Below are positions 12,619 to 25,038 of a DNA stretch of 64,000 bases, piece after piece. The notes below the pieces were generated by a model. The model was not told where the DNA came from. It worked only from the letters and a program-made list of their open reading frames with translations, and did no database searches. The translations under genes and the position numbers were made by a program. The stretch is from Paramecium tetraurelia (Eukaryota). The stretch is from positions 186,001-250,000 of the forward strand of contig CT868020.1 in NCBI GenBank assembly GCA_000165425.1. Direction: 5' to 3'. Numbering within the stretch: the stretch's first letter is position 1; every line of letters begins with the position of its first letter.

Positions 12619-14488
12619 TCATTATAAGGCTGGGAACTCATCTTAGTTCTAGGCCTTCTATTATTTCTTGGCTTTTGATTTCTAAAGCATATTTAAATGA
12701 TTGAATACTTCTGTATGTGTCTCTTCTTCATCTTTTTTGCCCCAGTTTTCCCGGTTCAAATAATACTCCTTACGCTCTTAGATGCTCTTGACAACATTGT
12801 CAAGCTCAGTGATGTAGAATGGAGTTGCCACTTTGACTGTATCGAAGAATTAGAGAGTTTACAAATCATGTTGCAAGATGCTTGGCTTTTCATCTTTTTT
12901 CTCTTCTTTAGCATCCTTTTATTATTGTGGTTGCTAAATTTAAATATAGAATATACCTTGTTCTTCTTTTTGGATTTCAATTGACTAAAGTTATAGAGAT
13001 TGTCTTCAGCTTCCTTTTTAATGACAGTGCATTTCTCTTTCTTCCAATCGTCACTCTTTAAAACTTATTCAACATCTATTTATTTTTATTATTGGGCTTG
13101 TTATTAGGCAGCAGTGGGTTTAAGTTTATTCAAATAGGTGATCAATGTATCGCAAAGATCTATTAAAGAATTTAGAATATATACATACCAACTTAATATT
13201 AGAATGGATTGACATTTTCTAATTCTTTTGCCTTGGCTTCAGCTTCAGCCTTCTCTTCTGCTTCTCTGTCAGCTTCTCTTTTTGCTCTAGCTTCTTCTCT
13301 TTTCTTTCTTTCTTCTTCCCTCTTCTTTCTCTCAGAATCTTTCTTGATTCTGTTGAGTTGTTTTAAGAACCATTCTCTGTACCTTTCCAAATCTTCAAAA
13401 TCTTCATATTTATCCCAAGCATTATTGTAATCCTTCTTCAATTTTTCCTTTCTGTCTTTCAATTCCTAAACTTTGGTTTCAATGATTTGTCTTTCCTTGT
13501 CAATAAGAGGATTTTATTTAGCAACAACAGAATCCTTTGTACTATCCTTCAACTTGTCATAATCAGACTTGTATTTGCCAATTTCTCCATTCAACTCTTG
13601 AATGCTTTAATATAGAACACTCATAGCCTTTCCAATAGCTGCTGATTTAGTTCTAAGAACTTTCTATTCCTTCTCCAACTTTTACAATGGCTCAATGTAT
13701 GGAAGTGATCTTTCCAAAGCACTTATTTATTGTACAATTCTCTTTTCTTCATTTGCACTCAACTTATCTTATTAGAGTGATTCCTTCAATCTAGCCAATT
13801 CATCGATGATTCTGTCGGGATCATCTAAACTCTTCATCTTTTATCTGTATTCTTATGATTAATTAAAGAGTTTGTTGATTTGAATTTTGATTTCATCATT
13901 CTCACTCTTCATTTTCTACAATTCTGATGATTTCTCGGTGGCTAATTTAATCTTTTCTCCAATCACTTATCCTAATGGTTTCACTTCGTTTTAGAACTTA
14001 TCTTGATTGCCTTGTCTAGCCAAATTTTATTGCTCCTTAACATTTTTAACAAAATCATTCTAGGATGTTAACAACAAACTCTTACGAAATGATTCCATTG
14101 CTTTCTGATGTCTTCATTAATCTTATCCAATTATTTGTAATGATCATCTTTGCTTGGCTTTTAAGGAGGATGAGCAGGCAATTCTGGTACTTTACTTTCA
14201 AGAGTGATCTTGGTCTTATCCCAGTCGAATTCAGGTCGCTTTCTGTCCTCTCTTTGCTTCTTCTTTTATTGCTTCTCTCCCTATTCACCCTACTATTCTT
14301 AGGTCTCCTTCTTTGCTTCAGTTGCAGCACCTAAAATGCATCAAATTTAATTCCATACCTTCCTCTCCCTTTACGACGTATTGAACTTGCTGTTACTTTT
14401 GCTTAGGCTCTCTCTTTCTGTTCTCTCCTCTGCTCTAGTTTGGCTTTTTCTCCTCCTTTTAGACTTCTGGCTATGGTGTGGGGTCCAT
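12619..14488 (-). CDS. Bfr1 / proton-pump-interactor-like charged coiled-coil protein
   Basis: Highly charged coiled coil, NPFQYQVDLCDTLITYL motif, ILQHDLQTLQFFDTVKV segment, C-terminal DEFPALQ-TGA; about four tiny introns. Confidence 0.75.
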
Positions 14489-14699
14489 ATAAATTTTTTA
14501 AAAATATAGATATTTTTTTTAATTGCCCTACACGTATTTAATTAACTCCCAAATACAATTCCCATTATTTACATCATAAATTTCAGACAATATAAAATTA
14601 ACAACCAATTTGTTTATTCTTCAATCATTTATGAAATTACTCACTCCCAAACCTACATTTAAATACGCAAAATTAGATATCCTTAAACTATCACATAAC

Positions 14700-15880
14700 A
14701 AATTTGTTTTTCAAAATTATTTCTTTTTCTTAACTGAACAATTAATTTAGTATTTTAAACTCATATTTGAAAAAGAGAGCTGCAATAGTTCTGAACATCA
14801 ATAAAAATTTCCTCATAGAAATAAATATATTTTTTATTATCATTTTAATTATATAAATACTACACATTAGATAAAATCCATGCGATTAATATATGATCAC
14901 TTTAGAAATATATTAGAATAACAGAGTATTAACGAATGGAATCAAAAAGATAATCATGATTTGATTTTATTTTTGTAACATCAAAATTAATATTATTTTT
15001 ATTTCAAAATCATAGTTAAAAAAATAATAAGCCTACTTTGAAAAGTGTCAAATGTAGATTTATCTTAATTGAATTTCTTTTTTCTCGAAATTTCCTATAT
15101 GTCGGACTTTTTAATATTGAAAAAATTCTTAAAAAGATATAAAAATTTCGAATAAGCTTAATATAATTTCAGTTTTAATCTTTAATTTACCTAAGTCAAA
15201 TAAGTGGTTAACAAAAAGATTAGATAGATTAAGAGTATGCCTGAGTTTTTGACAAAACAAGATATCATTTTTTTCAATAGTTATATGTTCTCATTCTTAT
15301 AGTTAATATTATTCTTCTTAAATAATTTTGGATAGATTGAATAAAATAAATTGGAGTCGTATCATGGTTTTTTTGTACTTCTGTTAATTATGTAATCTTT
15401 GGGATACAAATTCAATTGCTCATCTTTCATATATTATGTTCTTGATTTAGAAATAGAACTTTTATCGATCTTTTAATCTCCGAAGTAAATAATAAATCAA
15501 AATAGATATTCGCTTAAATAGGGGAATTTTAGTGTTATTGGGATTGAATTGCAAACTATGATTCAGCACAGCATTACTGAATTAAATATCATATAAGAAT
15601 ACATATAATTCTCTTTACTATTGATCATATTTACATAGGTGTCAAAAGTAAAAAATAAGTTAAATTATGTCCTAACTTCCAGGGACTTTTATATTTTAAA
15701 CATATGAGTATTGCATTCATGATGATTTTAATTTGTAATTTAAATTGAAATAGGGGTGTTTGAAGGATTATTTTTCTTTAATTAATCAATTTTTTAAAAT
15801 ATAATGTTTCTTCTCCACATTGATATCTCTAACCACAAATTATATTCTAGTTTTTTTAAGGTAGATTAGATACTAGTGTA
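14700..15880. pseudogene. Possible decayed gene remnant
   Basis: Long spacer with + strand codon-like stretches from about 14880, interrupted by TGA and frameshifts. Confidence 0.25.
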
Positions 15881-15927
15881 TGTTGTTAAGGTTAAGTTAA
15901 TATTTTTTATATTAATAATTTTATAAA

Positions 15928-16628
15928 ATGAATTAACCACAGACTCGCTAAGTATAGAAATTAACAATTGATGATAAAGTAAGTAGATCTACTTAATATT
16001 TTTAGTAAAAATTTGAATTATAAAAGGAAATATTCATTACAATCAGATTAATTGATATGGTAGAAAAGTGTGCATAATTAGCTGATGATAAAATAACACC
16101 AGAAAAACATTCTTAAGAAATCACAAAGTTGATTGAAAGGTACAAAAATTTTACATCAAAAATCGATAAATACGATCTCAACTAATTCATAAAGGTACAC
16201 ATGATAATTCTATTGATTAGGAATACGGACTCGAAGATTGCAAATTTGGAATTGATAGAATAAACAAAGGACCACCTTAAATTAAATAAGGAAACAGAAT
16301 TTAATTAGTTGTTGATCTAATGCAAAGATTCTATTTGATGCAAGATATCATCTTAGAAAATAAGGACAATCCAAAAACATAAGTCTTCAAGCCAATTGTA
16401 GATTAGTTGATAATGCTTTTAATTAGAGCCAAAACTGAACTTCCTCCTTACAAATCATACTTGGAAGATTTGCAATAATTGTAATATCAATTCCTTATTG
16501 TGTTTAGCTCAAAACAACATCTTGAAAATTAGATTATTGGTGTGATACCTGAAGAGGAATTTTAAAAGTTTGAAAGTATAATAGATTTGGCTTAGCAAAG
16601 TTTTATGACTTCCCATTCACAACAATGA
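15928..16628 (+). CDS. VPS28: ESCRT-I subunit Vps28-like
   Basis: EIFITIRLIDMVEK...ITPEKHSQEITKLIERYK...FIKEYGLEDCKFGIDRI matches the Vps28 N-terminal pattern, followed by a C-terminal helical bundle; three tiny introns. Confidence 0.75.
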
Positions 16629-16724
16629 GCATAATTGTTTAAATATCGATTAAATTCTATTCAGTATTAATTAGTTTCATCATTTATTATACTTTTTTAT
16701 ATTGTTAATGTTAAACATATTAAA

Positions 16725-18172
16725 TCATTCTTCCTCCTCTTAAACGACTTACTTTTTCTTTTTCTTTGGTTTTTCAACGACTTCAGGTACTTCTACTTCC
16801 TCTTCCTTTGACACTTTTGGTTATTATTCGTCTTTAAGAATGTTATTGTTTTCTTCAGTAACGTAGAATTACTACCAATCTTAGGGAGTATTGGCATTTG
16901 GTTTTCCATGTGGGTCAAGCAATCCCTCTTTAATCAAAGCCTTCTTTCTAAGTGCTCTTGGTCCAGTACCCCATCTAAAAAGGATAAGACAATAATATAC
17001 TTTCTTGGATAGGTCTCTCTGTCCATAATGACTCTCTTGGATTTGCAAACGACTCCATGATCACATGATGCAATCTCACCTGTTGTCATTTAACTAACAT
17101 ATAAAACTGAATAAATTACGCAATAGCTACAGCAATGGCTTCTCCTTTGGTTGTGATCAACACAATTTCATCACCAATATCGATCTTATCATCAAATCTA
17201 AGAACTCCTGGAACCATTAGTTTTGCTCCATAACAAATAGCATTAACAGTGGAATCCTTAACGACAACTCTCTTATAGTTTGTCAAGAGAACCTCCAATG
17301 GGATGATCACATGTCTTAAATATGATTCATCCTTAAATTTTTCATATCGATATTAGGCATCCAATACGTCATGCATTGAGACCATGTACTTGTTTTCATC
17401 CAATATTCCTGATCTTACTCTTCTCAACTCTTCCATGTGACCTCCTACTCCCAATAACAAACCCAAATGAACACATAGAGTTCTTACGTATGTTCCTGCT
17501 TCACAACTCATCCAAAAGATTCCCAATCTCTTTTCAGGGTCATACTCAAACAATTTACTCTCATAAATTGTTCTAACTCTTAATTCTCTTTTCACTGCTG
17601 AAATCGCAGGTGGCTTCTAAAATACAGCACCTGTCAAATCTTAAATAGCCTTCTCTAACTTAGCTGCTGATGATATTGCATCATGTAATCTAAAATATTA
17701 TTATATCTTTATTACCTTATTATTCCGACGTACTCCTTACCAGCTGATTACTATGCCTTCACTAGTCTTGTTGCTCTATTTAGACACACAATCAATGCTC
17801 CTGTAACCTTTGGGTCAAGAGTCCCTGAATGGCCTGTCTTATCAACTTTTAATATTCTCTTGATCCATGATACAACTTCGTGAGATGATGGATTTGATGG
17901 CTTGTCAAGATTTATAACACCGTATTTCAAATGTTCAATTAGTGGTCTCTTTAATGGAGTCTATTATATTAATAATCTATCCTTACTGATCCACTTGGAA
18001 TTGGTGTATAATGTGAGGTCAATATGTTCATCCTTTCATAATTCTTCAATAACAATGGCCAATTGGAGGAATCAATTTTGGGTCCCTAATGACTAGTTCT
18101 TATCACATCCTCGTCTTAAACTTATTCAACTTCTTCAACTCTCTTTGATTTTTTTACCTTAGTTGTGGCCAT
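16725..18172 (-). CDS. CBF5: H/ACA RNP pseudouridine synthase (dyskerin/Cbf5)
   Basis: [47 protein letters not shown] domain [11 protein letters not shown], Lys/Glu-rich tail; four tiny introns. Confidence 0.97.
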
Positions 18173-18464
18173 TGATTTCTTTTTTTTAATTATATAAAAA
18201 AATTTCTAATTAAAAAGCTAATCCCTTAAATACTAATTAATTAAACTATAAAAAAGGAGAATTCAATATTACTAATAAAATACCTGTCTATTATAAATCA
18301 AATTATTAAAATGCATTCTCCAAAATCTATACCAAGTAAAGCTACAAAAAGTTTTGGTCTCAATTTTAACATTAATTTTGATCATACTTATGATGCCCAA
18401 ATATTAGAATTTTTAATATTATCTAACACATTTATGTGCAGTAAAATATTTATATTAATTATAA

Positions 18465-20513
18465 ATGGATTAAAGCTAGAGATTTGTGTTAGTAAAAGCA
18501 ATACTTCCTCAGAAAGATATGCATTATGTAAGCTTAATTAATGAATAATTAAAATTGCAAAAGAAGTATCCCTAATACATTCTAGCAATAAATGGCTATG
18601 ATTTTTTTGAAGATAAAACTTTATTACAAATTACCTATAATTGCAGCAAATATGCAAAATCCTTAACTGAAGTATAGTTTAAAACTTAGGAAGAAAAATT
18701 TAGAATATTTGATTAGCTAATTGAGATTGCAGAGTTTTTAGAAAAGAATAAAATTTTACATAATAATATTAAAAAAAATAATCTAATTATTGATCATAAT
18801 AAATTGTATCTTACAGACTTTGGATATATTGCAGGATAACCCGATCTAAATATATTTAGGAATAAATTAAATTTTATAAATCTCAATCTAAACTAAAAAA
18901 AATAAATTTATCCATATTTAACAAAAGGTTTGATGGAAGCAATAATTACTTACAATGAAAGGTAATTAAAATAAAAATTAGAAAAGAGAGAACCTATAGA
19001 AATAATGCAATATGATTAGCATGTATTAACATCTTTAATGGTAGAAATATTTTCTCCATTGGAATGGAATAATTGTGATCTTTCATATTTAAAAGATTTT
19101 TCTTTCAGTCAGAAAATAGGATACATAAAAATCAACAATTTAGATTTACAAGATTATGCCATTGTCATAATAGAATAAATACTAAATTTTAGGTTTTAAA
19201 AGGAAAATTAATTGACCCTAGAATTTCCTAGACGTTTAGAGCCTATGTTAAAGAAAATCGACAAATAGCGAGTATTAAATAATAAGAATTTGGAATTGGT
19301 TGAAGATTACTTTAAAAATAAAGATTTCGAATTTGATTTAGGATTATTATACTGCTTTACTACTTGTAAACTACTTGAATTAGAAACTTAGGTAGAGTAA
19401 TCAGGTAAAGAATTCGATTGCAAATTAAGAAAAGAAATATCTAGAATTTTAGCAATTCTTAATATGATTGATAATTAAATATTTTAAAAGAAAGATTTTG
19501 AAAAATTAGAATCATTAGATGATAAATTATTCTGTTTAGCTTATTTGGATGAATAATTTGAAACCTTTGAGATTTCAAAAAATAGAGATCAAACTTAGAA
19601 AATAGAGAAATTATTATATAATTATTCTTTAAAATATTAATTAATAGAATTTTATGATTAAATAAACAGAGAATCAAAGGATTAATTTATGGTAAATCAA
19701 GCATTTTAGAAATAATATAGGAACCAATTATACATTCATCCAGAGACTTTTGAATAAAATGAAATTCTAAAGGAATATATAAATATTCACATTAAAATTG
19801 AAATCTAGTTTGATATCAATCAAGATGAAACGATAAAGAAAGATACGATTATTATAAAATAAAGAAATAAGGGGGACCAAACAATTTTACATATTAAAAA
19901 AAATAATGAAGACGAGAAGATTATTCATGAGGTTTGTGTTGATCATATCAATTATATCAAGCATCTAAAAGTTGTGAAACTAAATAGACATTTTTAACCT
20001 ACGCCTACTGTAGTGTTTAAATTAATAAAAAAATTTAAATATTATACACCTTTAGTTTTATTGAAAAAGCAAAAGCAATTAGCAGAATTAATAGATTACA
20101 ACAAAAAAATAAAATATAAAGGGGAATGTGATTTTGACGAAGATAATCGAGATATCATTTTTTAAGGGAAAGGCATTAGAGAAATACTAGAATCTGATTA
20201 AACAACTCTTAAAATTGGAGATGTATATAAAGTAAGTGGAACTTTTAAGAATAATATTTTGGAAGGAGATTAAATCAAAACTTTTTATTATCACTTTATT
20301 GAAAATAAAAGAACTTTTAGTATAGGAAAGTATAAGAATGAGTAATTAAGTGGCAGACATGAACATTATTTAATAAATTAGCCTAATGAATATGTCAAGA
20401 CTATACATCATTGTTCTTGCTGTTTCTGTTCTCCCTTATAATCCTGTTATTATTGGCGCGCATGGTGTGCTTGGTGTCCTTGTTTGTTTAGATATTACTG
20501 GCAAATAATTTGA
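18465..20513 (+). CDS. Pseudokinase with MORN-like repeats and a Cys/Trp-rich C-terminal tail
   Basis: ATG 18465; ILHNNIKKNNLII...LYLTDFG kinase core; late MORN-like units (VSGTFKNNILEG, SIGKYKNEQLSG); 20-nt intron 18962-18981. Confidence 0.75.
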
Positions 20514-20605
20514 CAGTTTAATATATGGATTGAATCAAAATTAAAAAATATTATATCATCATTTATTATTAGGAGTATATAATAAACAATGTAGGTAATA
20601 AAAAA

Positions 20606-21928
20606 TCATTAAAAAATTGGTACTTTGTGAAGATGAAAAAGGTTGAGAATTATTTATTGAGTGATTGTCATATTTGAGAATGAGTCATTCAGATCTTCAT
20701 TAAAATCTTCATCATCTTCTTCGTAAATGTTGTGGAACTGCAAATTAGGTAATTGTATTTCCTAATCGATGGTTTGCTGTTTCAGTTTAGCACTTTGATT
20801 TTGGGTGCCAATAATTTAAATAATTTTTTATTAAATTTGATTAATGAAATTCCAGATGAATAAATTTCTTAATTGTTCATCATTAGAATAATAGAGTTTT
20901 TAGAATTGCTGGTTGTTGATCTTCAATAATTAGATCATGATAAGACTTGAATTGACTTAATGAAACTTGGTTCCAAATATACTCATTAAATGATACGGTT
21001 TTTCAAATAAGGATTTCATTTCTTCTGTCAATTCTGTGAAAGTGTATTGAATAAACTGTTTGATTTTGTTCCAGATAGGTGATTTATCTTGATTGTCTTT
21101 GATGACGGTGTAATTGCATAGCCATAATTGATTTGGTAGGGCTTTAAAAGTATTTCGAGTGAATGGTATTTTTTCGTTGTTTATAAAACAATAAATTGCA
21201 TCTATTATTAATCTATCGGAACCAATGATTTATATTTGATCTGTAATGCTAACAATTTCTACCATGTCGGCACACACAGGCAACTAGTCAGTAAAGGGAA
21301 CCACAGGGAATTTCCCTGATCCATGAGAAGCTAGTTTTATAAGCTATTTATATCTATCTTCGACAATTCTGAGGGAGAAATTCCGTTTGTAGCAAATTTG
21401 CTTATCAAATAGAAATATGGGCATGGAATGTACTTGTTAATCTTGAAGGACGAATTTCTCTTCGGTTTCGCAGTACCATTGTAAAAATTGATTAAAAAGA
21501 AGATTGATGTTGGGGTCTGTGATCATACACTATTGGAGACAAACGGGACAGTACTGTTCGACCAAGTCGTTTTGGAAACATTGAGAGCAAAAGAGGTGTT
21601 GGCAGGGCAATACGACAGGATTAATGGGAGTAAGGCCACAATCCAAACATAAAACTATTTATGGAAATTCTGTTTGGAGAACTAAATTTCGGATAGGGGC
21701 ATAAAAGTTACCTTCTGGTCCTTGTTCGAAGAGTATCAACAATACTTCCTTTAGCATTTCGTTGACTGGCCATTCTGGTAATGTAGGTTTTCTACATAGG
21801 GGACAGGAGTGATTTAGTTTCAAATGATGATTGATGCATTTTTCGCAGAAGGAGTGTCCACAAGACAAGCAGGTCGGATCGCTTAAATGATTCAAACAAA
21901 TAGTACAATTGAATTCAATTTTTTACAT
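20606..21928 (-). CDS. Double RING finger plus LON N-terminal-like domain protein (LONRF-like E3 ligase)
   Basis: Intronless 441-codon frame; CTIC...CGHSFCEKC...CPLC and CLDC...PCQHLFCSQC...CPVC RINGs, then MPIFLF...FSLRIVEDRYK LON-like motif. Confidence 0.85.
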
Positions 21929-22221
21929 ATTAAGTTTATAAACAAGAATTTAAGATTAATGTTTTGAAGATGATTATATTGGAATATTTTAAATTCTTAA
22001 GTGTTCTTGTTGTTCTGAAACAATTTTGATGGTCACGTGAATTTTAACAACTAGCATAATTATTTATTTTTATTACTCAGTTATAGAGTGTGATAATTAA
22101 TGTTTTTTTATTCTTAAATTAAATCTAAAGATATCTTATTTATCAAATAGTCAAATCACATTAAACTGAAATTCGCAAGATTAAAGCAAGAATGATAAAA
22201 AAATAAATATATTATAAAATA

Positions 22222-23888
22222 ATGATTTGCTGCTCATCATCAAAGAAGAAAGATGATAACAAAAAACCAATTGAGATATTAGAACAAATCGCACCTGAGA
22301 ATCAATAAGGAGATAAGTAAACTAATCAGTTATAAATTTGAACATAGATCCTGTAGAACCAATCAATAGCAAGAGGTAGAGTTGGAAATGGAAGAACGAC
22401 CTAAGAAAAATTCAGTGGGGTATCAAGTGTAAGATGAAAATGTCTCAGCATCAATATGTCCCTCATTTGTGGTTGGCAAAACTCCGTTTACTCTTTTCGT
22501 TATGAGTCTCCTTGAGAAATAATAAAACATGAAAAAGGAGTCTCAATAACAGGAGGAAATGAAGATCGACTTTTAGGAAGATTTGAGTGTGATTGTCAGT
22601 TACCCCCAAATAGAGGCTGAAGTTAAGAATAACGAAAAAGACAAATCATAACTTGTAGACATTCCTGATCAGCCTGAAGTGATCTAGGAGGAGGATGAGG
22701 AAGATGACGATCGAGAGATGTCAGAGGAGGAGGCCAAGAATGCAGCCATCTTCAAATGGGCCAAAGAAATACATGATTACAATACAGACAATACTGAAGA
22801 ATTGATTTCGAAGGCTGTCTCTAATTTTAAACCACTTCAATCAAAGGAGGAATCAAGGTCCACCTTAGCACATAAGGATGGAGGTAAAGTGTGCAAAAAT
22901 AAAAAATTAATTAGAACCTTGAGAGCCATTGGCAAAGAGTTGATCAAATAAATTGGTAAACAAATTTTATCTGGAAATTTAAATTTAACAACTGTGTCAT
23001 TCCCTATCAAGGCCATGATACCCAAATCAGCACTTGAGAAGGTCTTGATGTCTAGTTGTCTCTTCCCACTCTACATCAACAGAGCTGTTCTGGAGAAAGA
23101 TCCCATCGAAAGAGTAAAGTATCAACCCTATTATTAGATGAAGCTAATTATTTGTGCCACCTTAGGTAATTTCTATTTGAATTGCTCCTTTCTCAAACCC
23201 TTAAATCCCATCCTTGGAGAAACCATCTCTGGTCTCTATCAAGATGGCACTACCGCATATGCTGAACAGATCTCACACCACCCTCCCATTAGTTACTTTT
23301 TAACCATAGGTCCCAAAAATAGTTATAAATTTTATGGTTATTACAATTACGAGGCCAAAGCAGGAGTCAACTCACTCTCCTTGAGGAATAAAGGCAAAAG
23401 GTTTTTGTAATTTGCTGATGGAGAATTAATTGAGTACAACTTCGCCGGAGAAGAATATAGTGGTAGTTTCTGGGGTCCCATGAAAGTCGAATGCAAAGGC
23501 AAGATTACATTTTTGGATAAAAAGAACGACATTTCAGCTTGTGTTGAATTGGATAGTGTAAGGTGGAAGGCATCAGATTACTTGTCTGGAGAAATCAAAC
23601 AGAAAGGCAAAAAAGTCTGTAAAATCTATGGATCCTATATGGGCTACATAGAATTTGGAGAAGTCAGATATTGGGATGTCAATTACATACGTCCATACGA
23701 ATGCAAAGTCTTTAAACCTAATCAATTTCTTTTGAGTGATGCTTCCTTCAGACCAGGTATCCAATTGTTATATCCATGTAGATTTAAGATAACTTAAACG
23801 CAATAAAGTACAAGAGGCTCAGAAAGAGAAGGATGATCTGGAAATGCAATAGAGACAAGATGCTAAACTCAGAAAACCCAAAAAATGA
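22222..23888 (+). CDS. Oxysterol-binding protein (OSBP/ORP family)
   Basis: NLTTVSFPI, KPLNPILGET and the AEQISHHPPIS signature; N-terminus MICCSSSKKK. Confidence 0.95.
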
Positions 23889-24189
23889 TTTTCACTGAAT
23901 TATTGTTATTCATATTTATGCAAACAGTTTCTTAAATTTTGTATTTTATTTACAAATTGTAACTAAACTAATAATTTAATCAATTTTTTAATCAAACTAA
24001 TAAACAGAATTTATTGACGAAAATGAATTAATTCATCTTCTATATAATGTATTAAGGCTTTTGATGATGGTAAATAAATTTGAATTAATTTAAAATTCAC
24101 ATGATTATTCCTAAATATTTCTGCTTTTTAATAAGCACAATTAATATTAATTTAATTGCTTTATTATATATAATTGTGGTTGTGTATAT

Positions 24190-24921
24190 TCATTCATCAA
24201 TTTTAAGTACAAACCCCAAAATGTCTCGAATTCCTACTTGGCTTTGATCGACTGGTTTATGGGAAGTGGAATAATTCCAGAGTGATTTATCATCGATAAT
24301 GTATCCTTCTCCGGGTTCGAGACTCATTTCAAATAGTAGCTTAGTTTTGTCAGGACTATATATTTGACTATCAGCTCCTTGACAATTGATCTTATTAACT
24401 ACTCCGATGATTTCTAAATCATTTCCATCTCGATTGGGTCCTTCTGGAGTCGACTGAGCAGGTTAGTCGGCGTAGGATATCTAATGATATTATATATGGA
24501 AACATACTGTTCTGACGGCATGCACAGAGATTTGAGCCTTTTTGTATTATTTTAATTGCCAAGTGATTTGAAGAGTATTGTAAAGGAAATCTTTGTAGAT
24601 CTGATCGTGCTTCATCTCTTTTGTTAGTTCTTCGTAGACATTCGCATATTGGAGACATTTGGTTTCATCGTAATTGTCTAGACGATATTCTTCATGGAAC
24701 CTCGTCATATTGCCATCCTTGTCAAACTCAATTTGATAATTCATCATTCTTCTTTATCTCATGATTTTATCGGATGGCAATTTGAGTCTCTTTTGTAAAT
24801 AGAGATCAGGCACTAGAGTTTCGAAATGAGGTTTGAGCTATTGAAAATCTGATTTGACATCCCTGTTCGTGAATGAAGCAAATGGGAATTTTGTTGATTT
24901 GAGTGCCTATAAAACTTTCAT
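24190..24921 (-). CDS. 2OG-Fe(II) dioxygenase-like protein (bacterial 2OG-Fe_Oxy_2/BsmA-type pattern) with altered metal ligands
   Basis: LVPDLYL...RQRR...ISVHAVRT-(intron 24481-24507)-ISYADQPAQSTPEGPNRDGND...LEPGEGYIIDDKSLWNYST...GIRDIL. Confidence 0.8.
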
Positions 24922-25038
24922 AAAATAAATTAAACAATAGTCAAAAATAAAACTTATTTATTTTCAATTTTTGAAATACCTCTAAATCTATCTCTTTATA
25001 TATATAAATGTGTCTCAAATTAATAAATCATAACTAAT

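Noticed and set aside
18311..18541. Track ORF as the start of the kinase-like gene
   Set aside because: It is out of frame with the kinase core and hits TGA; ATG 18465 gives the continuous frame.
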